NCBI GenBank assembly: GCA_951406725.2
Contig: OX597815.1
Location: 51,460,001 to 51,524,000, forward strand
DNA from: Octopus vulgaris
Lineage: Eukaryota
Reading direction: 5' to 3'
DNA length: 64,000 nucleotides
This document shows, piece by piece, positions 10,915 to 23,978 of the stretch. Numbering within the stretch: position 1 is the first letter of the stretch; the number at the start of each line of letters is the position of its first letter. The notes beneath the pieces were generated by a model. It made no database searches, was not told the origin of the DNA, and saw only the letters and a list, made by a program, of their open reading frames with translations. The translations under genes and the position numbers were made by a program.

Positions 10915-12557
10915 AAAAAGAAGAAGGAGGAGGAGGGGTAGGAAGAGAAGAAGAGCAACAAAAACAACAATAATAATAAAAAGTAAACAAACAGATAAAT
11001 AAATGGAACTAAAAACTAAATACAAAAACCTTAAAAATAATATAAAATAAAATTCCGGCCCTACTCCATTTTCTCCCACTGAATTCTATTTCTGGTACAA
11101 TGTGAAGACGTCAAAAGTTGTATGTATGGATTACCTCATATTGGCTTTATTTGGAACCAAGGTTTTACCGATTTCTTCTTTTCCAAGTCCATTATGTGGG
11201 GGTGGGGAAAAGAAGTGGTGTAGTAACCTTACACATACATGCACGTGTGTGTGTGGTTAATATTGAGTGTTATACAGCTATCAATATATAACGAAAAAGA
11301 ATGATGGCAAATGTAACTAAGATAACAAATGTGTGATTTTAGTAGAGTAGTAGTAGTAGTAGTAGTAGTGACAGTAATGGTGGCTGTGGTAGTGGTGGTG
11401 GTGGTGATGGCGGCGGTGGTGGTGTGAAAAGTGATAATCATAGGGGATGATGGTGGTGGTGATGGCTTCGGCAGTGGCGTGTGGTTTTCAGTCGATGTGT
11501 TATAGCAGGCAACAATTCTAATTGCAGCAAAAATCTAGTAAAAAGGAGGAGCAAACAGCAAGACTGTGAGGGCAGCAGTATGTGAAATTGAAGAGTTTTA
11601 TATTTTCACCTTCAGGAAAAGGTTGTCCTGTGTAGCTCGTGGATATTTCTAATCTTAGGAGTGATAATGATTACTTCAGAGAGAAGACATTATACGAACA
11701 TTTTGACATTTTCACCCCAAACTCAAAACTGAAATAAGTTTCTAAGGATTCCAGCAGTGCAGCAAGTCATTTAAACACTAAACAGCACTAATGAATGCAC
11801 AAGTTGCAGCCTTCTGGCAGAAGATTTTCAGTTCAACACATTTATTTTTATACATTATGGAATTGTTGTTTTTTCCTTTTCTTTTCCTAAGTATCCTTTT
11901 TATCCTCTCATCCGTCGCCCTTGTGGCATAATAAAGAAAAATCTTCATCTTTGAAAAATCTTCATCTTTGTCTCCTTTTTCTTCTTCTTCTTCTTCTTCT
12001 CCTCCTTCACCATCTTCTTCATCATTTTCTCTTTGTTCCTATTGTTGGGGATGGCGTTGTTGTTGCTATTTTAATGTATTTCCGATTAACGAACCCTTAA
12101 TACTACAAACATACTACCACATTCATACATACACACACACATGTATGTATATATCTTGTACACACACACATATATATGCATACAGACATACAAGTATACA
12201 TGCATATATATTCATATGCAACACACAAACATATACATACATACATACACGCACACATGCATGCATACATACATACATACACACATGCATGCATGAATAC
12301 ATACATACATACATACACACACACTCACTCACATGTATGCATGCATACATAAATACACTGTATCACATGCTAATATGTTATAGTGATAGATAAACACATG
12401 TATAAATATTGACAGTGACTCTTTTTAGGAGTGAAGAAAAATATCTTTCATTCTGAAAAGTAATGAATTCTGTTACCTTTCTTACTGCTTATCAAAGATT
12501 TTAGCGTCATAATAACACTCATTAATCCCAAAGAAGCTTTTAATTATTTTCATTGTT

Positions 12558-12800
12558 ACTCTTTTATTCTTTTACTTATTTCAGTCATTTGACAGCAGAC
12601 ATGCTGGAATACCACCCTAAAAGACTTGCCAGAGAAATCAACTCCAGGACTTATTTTCTGTAAGCCTAGTACTTAATTCTTTCAGTCTCTTTTGCCAAAC
12701 CGCTAAGTTACAGGGATGTAAACACACCAACATCAGCTGTCACATGATGGTGGTGGGGTGGGGTGGCAAATACAGACACAAAGACACACACACATAAAGA
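12558..12800 (-). mobile_element. Partial SINE family B (3' half)
   Basis: Reverse complement of the 3' half of 38065-38446. It is cut off where the RTE copy begins. Confidence 0.75.
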
Positions 12801-12805
12801 TATAC

Positions 12806-13902
12806 AGCCTGGGCAAAGTTTAGGGAGCTCTTACCTCTGCTGGTGACTAAAGGCCTCTCGCTCAGAGTAAAAGGCAGACTGTATGATGCATGTGTACGAA
12901 CAGCCATGCTACATGGCAGTGAAACATGGGCCGTGACTGCTGAGGACATGTGTAAGCTCGCGAGAAATGAAGCCAGTATGCTCCGATGGATGTGTAATGT
13001 CAGTGTTCATACTCGACAGAGCGTTAGTACCCTGAGAGAAATGTTGGACCTAAGGAGCATCAGTTGTGGTGTGCAAGAGAGACGATTGCGCTGGTATGGT
13101 CATGTGGCGAGAATGGATGAAGATAGGTGTGTGAAAAAGTGCCAATCCCTAACAGTGGAGGGAACCCGTGGAAGAGGTAGACCCAGGAAAACTTGGGACG
13201 AGGTGGTGAAGCACGACCTTCAAACTTTAGGTCTCACTGAGGAAATGACCAGCGACCGAGACCTTTGGAAATATACTGTGTGTGAAAAGACCAGGCAGGA
13301 CAAGTGAGTCCAGCCCACTTATGCATACCTTTCCTCCCTTGGACACACAAAGACCTGTTGAGGCAAGCGAAGTCGATATCGAACCTCATCCGACGACAGG
13401 CACCTATGCCTACCCCCCTTTGCTTGCGAAGACCTGTTGGGGCAAGTGAAATCGGAATCAAAATTGAACCAATCCTATGACTGGCACCCGGCAGATGCCA
13501 GGACCCCTGGACTGGAGATACGTAAAAAGCACTATCCGAATCGTGGCCGATGCCAGCGCCGCCTCGACTGGCTTCCGTGTCGGTGGCACGTAAAAAGCAC
13601 CATCCGAATCATGGACGAAGCCAGTGCCGCCTTGATTGGCTTCCGTGCAGGTGGCACATAAAATGCACCAATCCGACCATGGCCGATGCCAGCCTCACCT
13701 GGCACCAGTGCAGGTGGCACGTAAAAAGAACCCACTACACTCACGGAGTGGTTGGCGTTAGGAAGGGCATCCAGCTGTAGAAACATTGCCAGATAAGACC
13801 GGAGCCTGGTGCAGCCTTCTGGCTTCCCAGATCCCCGGTCGAACCGTCCAACCCATGCTAGCATGGAGAACGGACGTTAAACGATGATGATGATGATGAT
13901 GA
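12806..13902 (+). mobile_element. 5'-truncated RTE copy, sister subfamily of the 2450-6930 element
   Basis: 12806-13307 closely matches 5417-5918 with an open frame (TKGLSLRVKGRLYDACVR...). It has a different 3' UTR with 4 array cores, the same terminal region and a (GAT)n tail. Confidence 0.93.
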
Positions 13903-14305
13903 CTTTACATATATGTAAACAAACCTGAAAGGCTTTGTAAGTTACGGAGAGAAAGCTACTATGGAAGACTCATAGTATAATAATAACTGTATAATAAATC
14001 CTTAAATCCTTAAAAATATTTTAGCCGAAGGCCGCGGCCATGCTGGGGCACCACCGCTGAAATAGTATATCAAAATAATATTTTATTCCCCGATTTGAAG
14101 TGACAATTTTTAAATACAAACAAATATCTGAAAAAGGATGAGCTAACCCCAGCCAGAATCTAGCCCATACATCAATGCTAACATGGCTTCTTGCACATCC
14201 AATTGGGCCAAATGCTCACCCATCAATTTCAGCCAAATTTAATTAATATATACTTAAACTGCCTAATACTACATATAATATTTAACAAATGCGAAAGGCT
14301 TTGTA

Positions 14306-14497
14306 TGAGGTCTGATCAATAAGTATCAATAAGAACTGTTGCCATAATAACAAAGCTAAAGCACGCAGAGTGAAGCCACTTGGCACAGACCTTGAACTCT
14401 GCTGTACATGCACACTAAGTTTTAACATTCTAGCTCACTTCTGCTGTTTACAGCAGTGCTTGGAAGGAAGGTGTGTGGTATGTGATCATCACATTGA
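14306..14497 (+). mobile_element. Mariner-like left-end fragment
   Basis: TA followed by TGAGGTCTGATCAATAAGTATC, resembling mariner TIRs (CGAGG.CTG.TCAA.AAGTA.C). No transposase or right end is seen. Confidence 0.5.
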
Positions 14498-15126
14498 AGG
14501 TGGCAATGGTGAGTGCATAGTGAAAAGTATTTTTTTTTAATTGAACTAAGTTTTTATATCACCTATCACTTAATGCATGTGCATCACAAACTTGCTATTC
14601 ACTTTAGAAAGAAACCAGTTTCCCATTCGCCTGTCATATGCAATGACTATCAATAAATCACAAGGGCAGGCATTTGTTAAGGTTGGGCTGTTCTTGCCTG
14701 AACCTGTATTTGGCCATGGTCAGCTATATGTTGCATTCTCAAGGGCTCGCAAATTATCTGATGTGAGAGTTAAAGTTATCAACACTGGCAAACAAGGGAA
14801 AAGAAGAGGGAGAACTTATATAAAGAAGAGTCTGCAAAGAAGCATTGGATTGAAAGGTGTATGCAAATTGAAATGTGTATTGGCTCTGACCCATCACTTT
14901 GGCTTATAAGTTACCAGTGATGTGGTTTTCAGAATATGCTCTGTTGCATTAAAGTTTTACATCCATGAGGTTGTGACTCCTATATCTTACATATAAATTG
15001 ATGTTTTTTTACAATAAAATTTTTGTTTTCTAGATATGAAATAGTGACCATGTAAAAAGAAGAGTTACTATTTATTTTACGAGTGTTGTGTATTACGTCT
15101 ATAAAATTGTGCATAACATATATTAA

Positions 15127-15175
<49 letters not shown>

Positions 15176-15353
15176 GTGTTAAGTAATCATCGTATTCCAA
15201 TTTCTTTCACAGTTCAATGAATAGCAGAGGAGTGACTATCTTTTGATACAGACACAGCACAGGTTACACTTTCAGGGTTTTTTGGTTAAAGTTTACAGGA
15301 ACAACCCAATAGGTTTACTAGTAATTCTGTGAAATATTCACAGGTCCCACTAG
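14498..15353 (+). mobile_element. Helitron 3' part with PIF1-like helicase C-terminal fragment
   Basis: 14577-14909 encodes [18 protein letters not shown]...[15 protein letters not shown] (Helitron helicase motifs V/VI). Perfect hairpin CTGTGAA-ATA-TTCACAG at 15327-15343, then CTAG|T at 15350-15353. Confidence 0.85.
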
Positions 15354-15367
15354 TAATAATAATAGTA

Positions 15368-15740
15368 GTTGCCTGTTTGATTCCAGGATCATAAAGAAAG
15401 AGGACAAAAATCAAAAAAAAAAAAATACAATCCCTTAAAATTTGAAATAGAAAGAATTTGGAGCATGAGAACAGTAATGGTTATACCAATAATAATTGGT
15501 CTTTTGGGAACAGTAAGTAAAGATAAAGAAAATGGCTGGAGGAGATTGGAATAGACTGCCTAGTAGAGCTCCTACAGAAAGTTTGTCTCTTAGGAACAGC
15601 AAGGATTATAAAGAGGATTGTAAGCACTTGAAAGACAGCTGAAAACTTGTGGATACCTAAGGTTACAGGTAGTAACCTGCTACCCACATAAATCCTACCA
15701 TGAATAAGACTGAACCTGAGCCAAACCAAAATAATAAAGA
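15368..15740 (+). mobile_element. R4/Dong-clade LINE 3' fragment (restriction-like endonuclease C-terminus)
   Basis: Translates to LKFEIERIWSM..VIPIIIGLLGTV..WLEEIGI..LLQKVCLLGTARIIKRIV*, the R4/Dong C-terminal signature. It sits next to (TAA)n, the known Dong target. Confidence 0.8.
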
Positions 15741-16514
15741 AATTAAACAGTCCTACGAAAAACATTATTACTAATAACACTGTTGCTTTTTTTTTTCTGA
15801 AGACTTTGTCTTTGGATTTAGTTGTACAACATGCCTTAGAATAAGAGCTGGTCCATTCTCTCTTAAGACTTCTTATAAAGGCATAGCCCAGCAGCTATAA
15901 GGAGGGCACATGCAGGCATAATACATAACACTAATAGATCTAACAATGCATTAACAACAAAACTAGGGTAATAACGACAATATTAAGCAAACATAACAAT
16001 TTTAGTTGTGCATATTGTTGTGCACATGTGTGTGTATGTGAGAGAGACAGAGAGATGAAGAGAAAGAGAAAAAAAGAAAGGAAAGGCAAGATAGAGAGAG
16101 AAAGTGAGCGAGGGGGATATTTAGATTGACTGATATAAAAAAAAAGGAGTGGAATAACAGATTTTTTTGTTAAAAGAAATTAAAGAGCAGAATTTCCGCT
16201 TATTCTTGGTTTTTAAAAATTTTGTTTATTTGTTCAGTTATGTTTTATTTCTTAGGTTATTTTTTCCTGTTTATTTAACAGATAAATTTAAGTGATTATT
16301 GATTTTTCAAAATTCATCCTTATTGACCTAGTAGGAGGCACCACATCTATGTAATTTCCTACAACCAGATAAAATTTGGTCATAAATGTGGTTAAAACAA
16401 TATCAACAGCAGCAGCAGCAATGTTTAGCAAAGAAGCTGTGGCATTTGCAAATTTAGTTCTTATCAATATTCCTCATTATCATAATTAATATTTTTGCAG
16501 ATGCTCAGAACTAA

Positions 16515-16725
16515 ATCACCCCTGGTTGAGCAGATCTATGATCAAAGGCACTCCTTTCCCAATAACCATTCTACATTCCTTTTTTTTTTTCTTTCCAGGC
16601 ATAATGTGCCCCAGACTACATTAGCTAATGTATCATTTCCTTAAGATTGAAGGATGTGATTTAGGGTTAAATTTGGTTGTTATTTTCAGCAGTTCAAATA
16701 ACTACAATGAGGCTTCCTCATTGGT
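16515..16725. repeat. Old dispersed repeat family (AGACCTATGATCAAAGGCATTCCAGCCATGACCATC type)
   Basis: Related degenerate segments at ~30350-30540, 36520-36710, 44745-44880, 48900-49060 and 60865-60920. Confidence 0.55.
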
Positions 16726-17017
16726 TCATTACCATAATTAATAATAAAGAGCAATGAGATGGCAGAATTTATAAAGGGACAAACAGAATGCCTTGCAGCA
16801 GTACTTCTCAAAAATTTTCCCAACTCCTGCTCCAATTCTTTTACTAAACCTTCTTTATGCACCAGCCCACCCCATTTTTTTAATGTACAAGCATGTAATA
16901 TGAGGCCAAAGTAATTTAGGTCTAAGTGCTAGTTTGATGCAGGTAACTACTCATAGATAGATATAAGTGAATATTTGATGCATTGCGATTGTGGTTAATG
17001 AGCAGTTTATCATAATA

Positions 17018-17095
17018 CAGGGCAACTCAAAATTCACTCTACCATATAATACACAAAAATATATCAAATGGTAGCTTGGATTTTGGACCACACTG
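17018..17095. mobile_element. 78-bp Tc1/mariner-type MITE
   Basis: TA-flanked. Left arm CAGGGCAACTCAAAATTCACTCTACCA resembles the reverse complement of the right arm, CAGTGTGGTCCAAAATCCAAGCTACCA. Confidence 0.55.
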
Positions 17096-17241
17096 TATAT
17101 TTCATTTAATTATTTTTTAAAGTTATTATTTTAAGCTAATATATAGTCCTATGCAAGGCACATACAAATATGTATGCAAGTATTTAGGTGTGTCTGTATA
17201 TAAGAGTGTGTATCATCATACACACACATTTACAAATATAT

Positions 17242-17432
17242 CCACATTGGTGACACATAATAAGCATCCAATACACTCTGCAGAGTGGCTGACATTTGGG
17301 AGGGCATCCAGCCATAGAAATCAAACCAAAACAGATGACTTGAGACTGGTGCAACTCTTCAGCTTACCAGCTCTGGTCAAACTGTCCAAACCACGCCAAT
17401 ATGGAAAACAGACATTAAATTATGATGATGAT
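17242..17432 (+). mobile_element. Short RTE-tail element (last array core + terminal region + GAT tail)
   Basis: Diverged match to 6735-6930, including GGGCATCCAGCCATAGAAA and a (GAT)n tail. Confidence 0.75.
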
Positions 17433-17503
17433 ACATATTGCCTTGTTATACACACAAATTGGTGAACATGTATATAATAATACTACCGCTAATAATGATA
17501 ATA

Positions 17504-17703
17504 CTTTATAATGTAGGCTCAAGGCCTGAAATTTTGGGAGAGGAGACTAGTTGATTACATCAACCTCAGTGCTCAACTGGTACTTATTTCAGAGATCCTG
17601 AGACAAAGTAAACCTCAGCAGAATTTGAACTCAGAGTGTACAGATGAATAAAATGTCAAAAAGCAATTTGTACAATGTGCTAAAGGTTCTGCCAGCACAT
17701 CAC
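17504..17703 (-). mobile_element. SINE family A
   Basis: Reverse-complement match to 9248-9468 (GAATTTGAACTCAG, GTTCTGCCAGC). Confidence 0.75.
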
Positions 17704-18224
17704 TCTCAATAATCTACAATAATATAAAATGACTGCAGTTGAAAAGTATATTATAAATACACATCTTAATTTAACAGTTTATACATCTCCTTAATTTATT
17801 TATATTAAGAAATTTTTACCCAGTGTTCTTTCAGTAACTATACATAAACTAACCAGCATTCTTTCAGTAATTAACGATGATCAATGTCACAACTCAAAAT
17901 ACTAGATAACATTGAGAAGTGTATTAATTTGATTTACCATCCATATTCTATCTGTTGTATTACAAATAATTATTACAATCACACACATCTACACAAACAT
18001 CCATATACACACACATTAGAGAAAATAATTATTGCCTGAATGTATCAAGAATATAAAACACTGCAGTTGAAAAGTATATTATATATACACATTTAACAGT
18101 TCATACATGTGTCTAATTTATATTAAGAAATTTATGTAATAAATTTTGAATAGGGAGTTTTTACATCAACAATAAGTCATTTGAGCTTAGGTTGGTTTCA
18201 GTAATGGAGAGCACAACTGAAAGG

Positions 18225-18496
18225 AAATGTTGCTTCAAAAATGTTGGTATTTACTTGCCAACCCCTGTATTTAGTCATGGCCAGCTTTATGTGACCTTAA
18301 ATCATACAAGAAGGAAGGAAAACTTCAAAATTCATTTGAAGGAAACAAGCAGTCAAGAGATGTTAATTGTGAATAGATTTTTCATAAAACAATTTGGTAA
18401 TAAAAGAATTATTAAACTAAAAACTTGGTTTTGTACCTTATTTATATATAAAATACTACAATTAGCCATCATTTTTGACAGCATGGGGCCAGCTAG
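18225..18496 (+). mobile_element. Second Helitron 3' fragment with helicase motif VI remnant
   Basis: FKNVGIYLPTPVFSHGQLYV motif. Ends GGGGCCAGCTAG|T at 18496. Confidence 0.7.
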
Positions 18497-19244
18497 TATT
18501 GACTATAATATGGGTACATCTATATATATGTGTGTATGTATGCATGTATATTCATATACGTGTGTATGCACACACACATGTGTGCATACTATAAGTACAA
18601 GAGAAATAGAGAAAGACAGGTGGATAGGTATCTAATAGGGAGAAATAGAGAAAGACAGACAGACAGGTATCTAACAATAACAAGTATTAGAAACCAATAT
18701 CTGAAGGTATGCAATCAGAGTTACAGCACTTGCACAAACTTCCACACAGGCACGTATCCTGCATTCTCTATTATTTTAATGAAGAATCATAAATACAGTG
18801 AGCTCATTTATGTATGTGTGTGTGTGTGTGTGTGTGTGCGCGTTGGTTTATATGTGTGTGTGTGAGTGTGTGTGTGCGCGCATTGGTTTAAATGTGTATG
18901 TGTACATATTTTCAATCTGTCTGAATATCTGACTATGCGTATATAAATAAGCATGCACAAACATACACACTAGCATATCAATGATTGTCAAACTTCTGTC
19001 TGTAGACTAGACAGACTATGTCTGAGAACTCGCTCACTCAACACATAACCCGGACAGTCTCCAAAAACCTCAATGAGCAGCACTTCATCTTAAAAGACAA
19101 AGTACTGCTGCTTGAAATAAGTCAGCACATGGCATAAAGCATGGCCATTTTTCTCGTTAGTTACTAGAAATAGTTCTCTCATTATAAAAGAGCCAAACAA
19201 AAACAACAAAAAATAACAAATAAGTTTGCGGGTGATGATAAGAA

Positions 19245-19566
19245 ACTGTGTGTGTGTGTGTTTGTGCATATATATATATATATGTATGTATATATATATA
19301 TATGTATGTATGTATATATATATACATACACACATATACGCACATATATATTTATATATAACTATATACATAAATACATGTATGCATATATAGGTGTCTA
19401 TATATGTATATAAATGTGTATAGATATACATATGTATATACATATATATATATACACATACACATATATATATACATACATGTATAAATATATCGATATC
19501 CATATATCTACATATAAATATATACATAAATTTATGTATGAATATAAATAAAAATATATTTATACT

Positions 19567-19610
<44 letters not shown>

Positions 19611-19675
19611 CGTATACATTTATATGTGTTTGTATAAAGTATATATGTACATATACATAGGCATATATATATATG

Positions 19676-19723
<48 letters not shown>

Positions 19724-19783
19724 GTATGTGCATATATATGTGCATATACATACATATACATACGTATACATATATATATATGC

Positions 19784-19829
<46 letters not shown>

Positions 19830-19886
19830 ATATTATACGCATATACATACATACATATGCATATATATATATATACGTATATGCAT

Positions 19887-19928
<42 letters not shown>

Positions 19929-19945
19929 GCATATACATATATATG
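19245..19945. repeat. Compound TA/CA/TG microsatellite field
   Basis: Direct inspection. Similar fields at 12120-12350, 24540-24900, 27130-27470, 33530-33730, 42190-42790, 43160-43590, 44590-45100. Confidence 0.95.
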
Positions 19946-21474
19946 AGATTTGAAAAATTGCTCTACACCCCACACACACACACAAATGAATGAACCCAAA
20001 ATTTATCAAGAAGAGCAAAAACAAACACCACCCAAAAAAAAAAAAAACTCAGATCACATCACTTATGGATTTCTCTTACTTTCCTTTTTTTTTTTTCTTT
20101 TGTATATTTCATGTGTGTATGTCTTTTTTTTTTTTATCTGGTCCATTTCTTCACTTTTGTCTTTGAAAGAAGAATTCTTGTTTGATCTTGATTGAAGACA
20201 CTGGCTTTTCTCCAAATTAACCTCTCCAATATAAATGCACGCAGGCCTTGTTTATGGCACTGACTAGTAATTTCCATTCTTTTCTCTTCACATGCTTTCT
20301 TTCTACTAAGATAAGGTATGGGATTTGTGGCTAAGTAATTTTTTTTTCCCTTTTGTCTATCTATCTATCTGCCCCACAATTCTTACTTCACACTCTCCTA
20401 GCTGTCACCATTATCATCATCATCATCACCATCAACACCATCTTGATGATCATCATTAACTTACTGCTTCCAACAACCTCCACACATTATCCCTACCATT
20501 ATCCCGGCTGCATCCACAAGCAAAACCACCACTACCACCATCATCATCATCATCATCATCATCATTATCGTTATCATTTTCATCATCATGATCATTGTTA
20601 TTGTCATCATCACCACTAACATCACCCAGATTATCACCATCCCTATCACTACCACCATCACCACCACCATCACCAACATGATCACCACAATCACCAGTAC
20701 TCAGTGCTTCATTTCCTTGCTTATTGAACTTGGTACAGTTCTACAATTTATATATGACCCACCGAACCAGCATCACCAATAACAACAGTATTAACTCCGC
20801 CAACATAAGTTTTACAGTTGTTTACTCTCTCGCTTTCTCTTTTCCTCTCTCTCTCTCTTTCTCTCTCTCATGTGTGTGTGTACACACACCTGTGTGTGTA
20901 TATCTGTTAGTGTGTGTATGTTAATGCATGCAAGTCTCTTAGTGTGTACAAGTATGCATGTGTGTATGCATAGTGTATGTGTGTGTGGGCATGCTCACTA
21001 TTCTAATGTTTCTTGAACTTACATTCATTCAATCATCCTGCTCTTTTTCTTCTTCTTCCCCCACATCTTCTCCCACTGCTTCTCCCAGGTGTCCCCCTAC
21101 CCACCAAGGGTTTGAGAAGATTTTTTACCTGTATTTTTTTTATTTTATATTTCACATTTTTTCCATGCATTTTCTGTATTTGTCTCTAGAGATCAATTCC
21201 TCCACCCAATCTCTCCTTCTTTCTGTGCAATTTATTTTGTCCTCGTCCCAATTAAATATCAGTTGTGCCAGGCAGAATTACACACAATCGCTGACATCCA
21301 TCTATATTGTCTTCACACAATATTATTTCTTATCTGCCATTTCAATCTATCTCTCTCACTCCTCTTGTTCTTTCTTCTCTCATGCTGTATCCCCCTCCCA
21401 TTCTCCCTCTTTTTCACACACACACAAATACAAACAGTATTTTCTACATATTTTGATTATATAAATATAATACA

Positions 21475-22045
<571 letters not shown>

Positions 22046-22047
22046 AT

Positions 22048-22449
22048 ATCTTTTATCTTTTACTTGTATCAGTCATCAGACTGCGGCCATGCTGGGACAC
22101 TGCCTTAAAGAATTTTAGTTGAACAAGTCAACCCCAGTATTAATTTACTTTATGCCTGGTACTTTTGCTAGCAGTCTCTGTTTGCTCAATCGCTGATTTA
22201 CAGGGGCGTAATACCAACAACAGTTTTCAGGCAGTGGTGGAGGGCAAACACAAAGACACACACATGCACACAAACATATATATACACAACAGGCTTCTTT
22301 CAGTTTCCATTTACCAAATCCCCTCACAAGGCTTTGGTTGGCCTGAAGCTATAATGGAAGACACTTTCCCAAGGTGCCAAGAAATGTGACTGAACCTGGA
22401 ACCATGAGTTTGGGAAGCAAACTTTTTACCACACAACCATACCTGCACC
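22048..22449 (-). mobile_element. SINE family B, full length
   Basis: Reverse complement of 38065-38446 from tail (TAAAAGATAAAAGA) to head (GGTGCAGGTATGG.TGTGTGGTAA). Confidence 0.85.
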
Positions 22450-22511
22450 TATATGTGTGTGTGTGTGTGTATGTGTGTGCGTATGTGTGTGCGTGTGTGT
22501 GTGTGTGTGTG

Positions 22512-22908
22512 TTAGAATTGTGTGTTGGACAAAATGTTTAGTGACATTTCCTCTAGTTCATTACGTTCTGAGTTCAAATTCTGCTGAGGCTGACTTTGCA
22601 TTTCATCCTTTCAGGGATGATAAAATAAGTACCACTCAAGTACCAGAGTTGATGTGATTGAGTTATACCCCATCCTCTTAAAATTGCTGGCCATGAGCCA
22701 AACTTTGGAACCATTGACAAAATGTTTAGTGGCATTCCATCCATCTTATGTTCTGAGTTCTAATTCTGCCAAGGTCAATTTTGCTTTTCATCCTCTCAGG
22801 GTCAATTTGATGTAATTGACATACTCGCTTCCTGAAAATTGTTGGCCAAGTGCAAAAATTTGAAACAACAACAACAACAACAACAACTACTACTACTACT
22901 ACTACTAC

Positions 22909-22959
<51 letters not shown>

Positions 22960-23402
22960 CATCATCAGTAAGGTGAGAAGCTGGACAAAATGCTTTGTGG
23001 TATGTTGTCCATCTTTAAGCTTTGAGTTCAAATTCCGCCAAGGTCAATTTTGCCTTTCATCCTTTCAGGTTCAATAAAATAAGTACCAGTTTAGTACTAG
23101 GGTCAATGTAATCGACTTACCTCCAACCCCAAAATTGTTGGCCTTGTGCCAAAATTTGAAACTGTTATTCTTGTTATTATTATTGTTATTATGGTGAGCA
23201 GGCAGAATCGTTAGCATGCCAGGCAAAATGCTTAACGGTATTTTGTCTGCCGCTATGATCTGAATTCAAATTCCACTGTAGCCAACTTTGCCTTTCATCC
23301 TTTCGAAGTCAATAAATTAAGAAATAGTGAAACATTGGGGTCAATGTAATTGACTAGTTTTCTCCCCAAAAATGTCAGGCCATGTGCCTTTAGTAAAAAG
23401 GA
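22512..23402 (+). mobile_element. Head-to-tail stack of four SINE-A copies separated by AAC/TAC/ATT repeats
   Basis: Copies at ~22512, 22714, 22970 and 23192, each with a GAGTTCAAATTC-like box and GCCTTTCATCCTTTC. Confidence 0.85.
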
Positions 23403-23443
23403 TTATTATTATTATTATCATTATTATTATTATTATCATTATG

Positions 23444-23476
<33 letters not shown>

Positions 23477-23942
23477 GAGTGAGAGAGAGCCGTGTATGCC
23501 ATCAAAGTGACACTGGGGTAAAATATACCAATCCCAGTATACCCATCATGACTACCCGTCTGATAAGGGTACACTAGGCACATGCATCACAACCATATGT
23601 GTGCGACATAGTGATCTCATATCATGATAAACAGCACATGACCAGTTAGAATTTTCTTCTGGTCAAGTAGCCCATACCGCTCAAAAGGTCTCTGAATAAG
23701 GGTTGTTTAAGGATGTTGAACAAAACACATGTTTCCAGAGGTGAATTATTCAAACCCCAAAGAATCCCTCTCAACACATGGCTATAATGCTCCCCCACTA
23801 CTTCTGCTCGAGATCAGAGATGCACATATCATCAGCCACTAAGGGACATGCTTAACTGGTTACGGTCAAACAACTGACAACAAATCTGTGGTATTGAGCA
23901 GAATATTTGCTGTAGCCCATCTTTTATACCGATGGGCTACAG

Positions 23943-23944
<2 letters not shown>
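23477..23944 (-). mobile_element. ~470-bp retroposon-like repeat with (AAT)n tail, embedded in ATT microsatellite
   Basis: Flanked by (ATT)n on both sides. Second partial copy at ~29731-29942. Family not assigned. Confidence 0.65.

Positions 23945-23978
<34 letters not shown>

Noticed and set aside
14577-14909. Host PIF1 helicase gene exon
   Set aside because: Only the last motifs are present, the frame degenerates, and a Helitron hairpin-CTAG end follows.
17730-18135. ~80-bp degenerate direct repeat (17730-17815 / 18058-18135) as LTRs
   Set aside because: There are no TG..CA ends, PBS or TSD. It is more likely an old local duplication next to the Helitron fragment.
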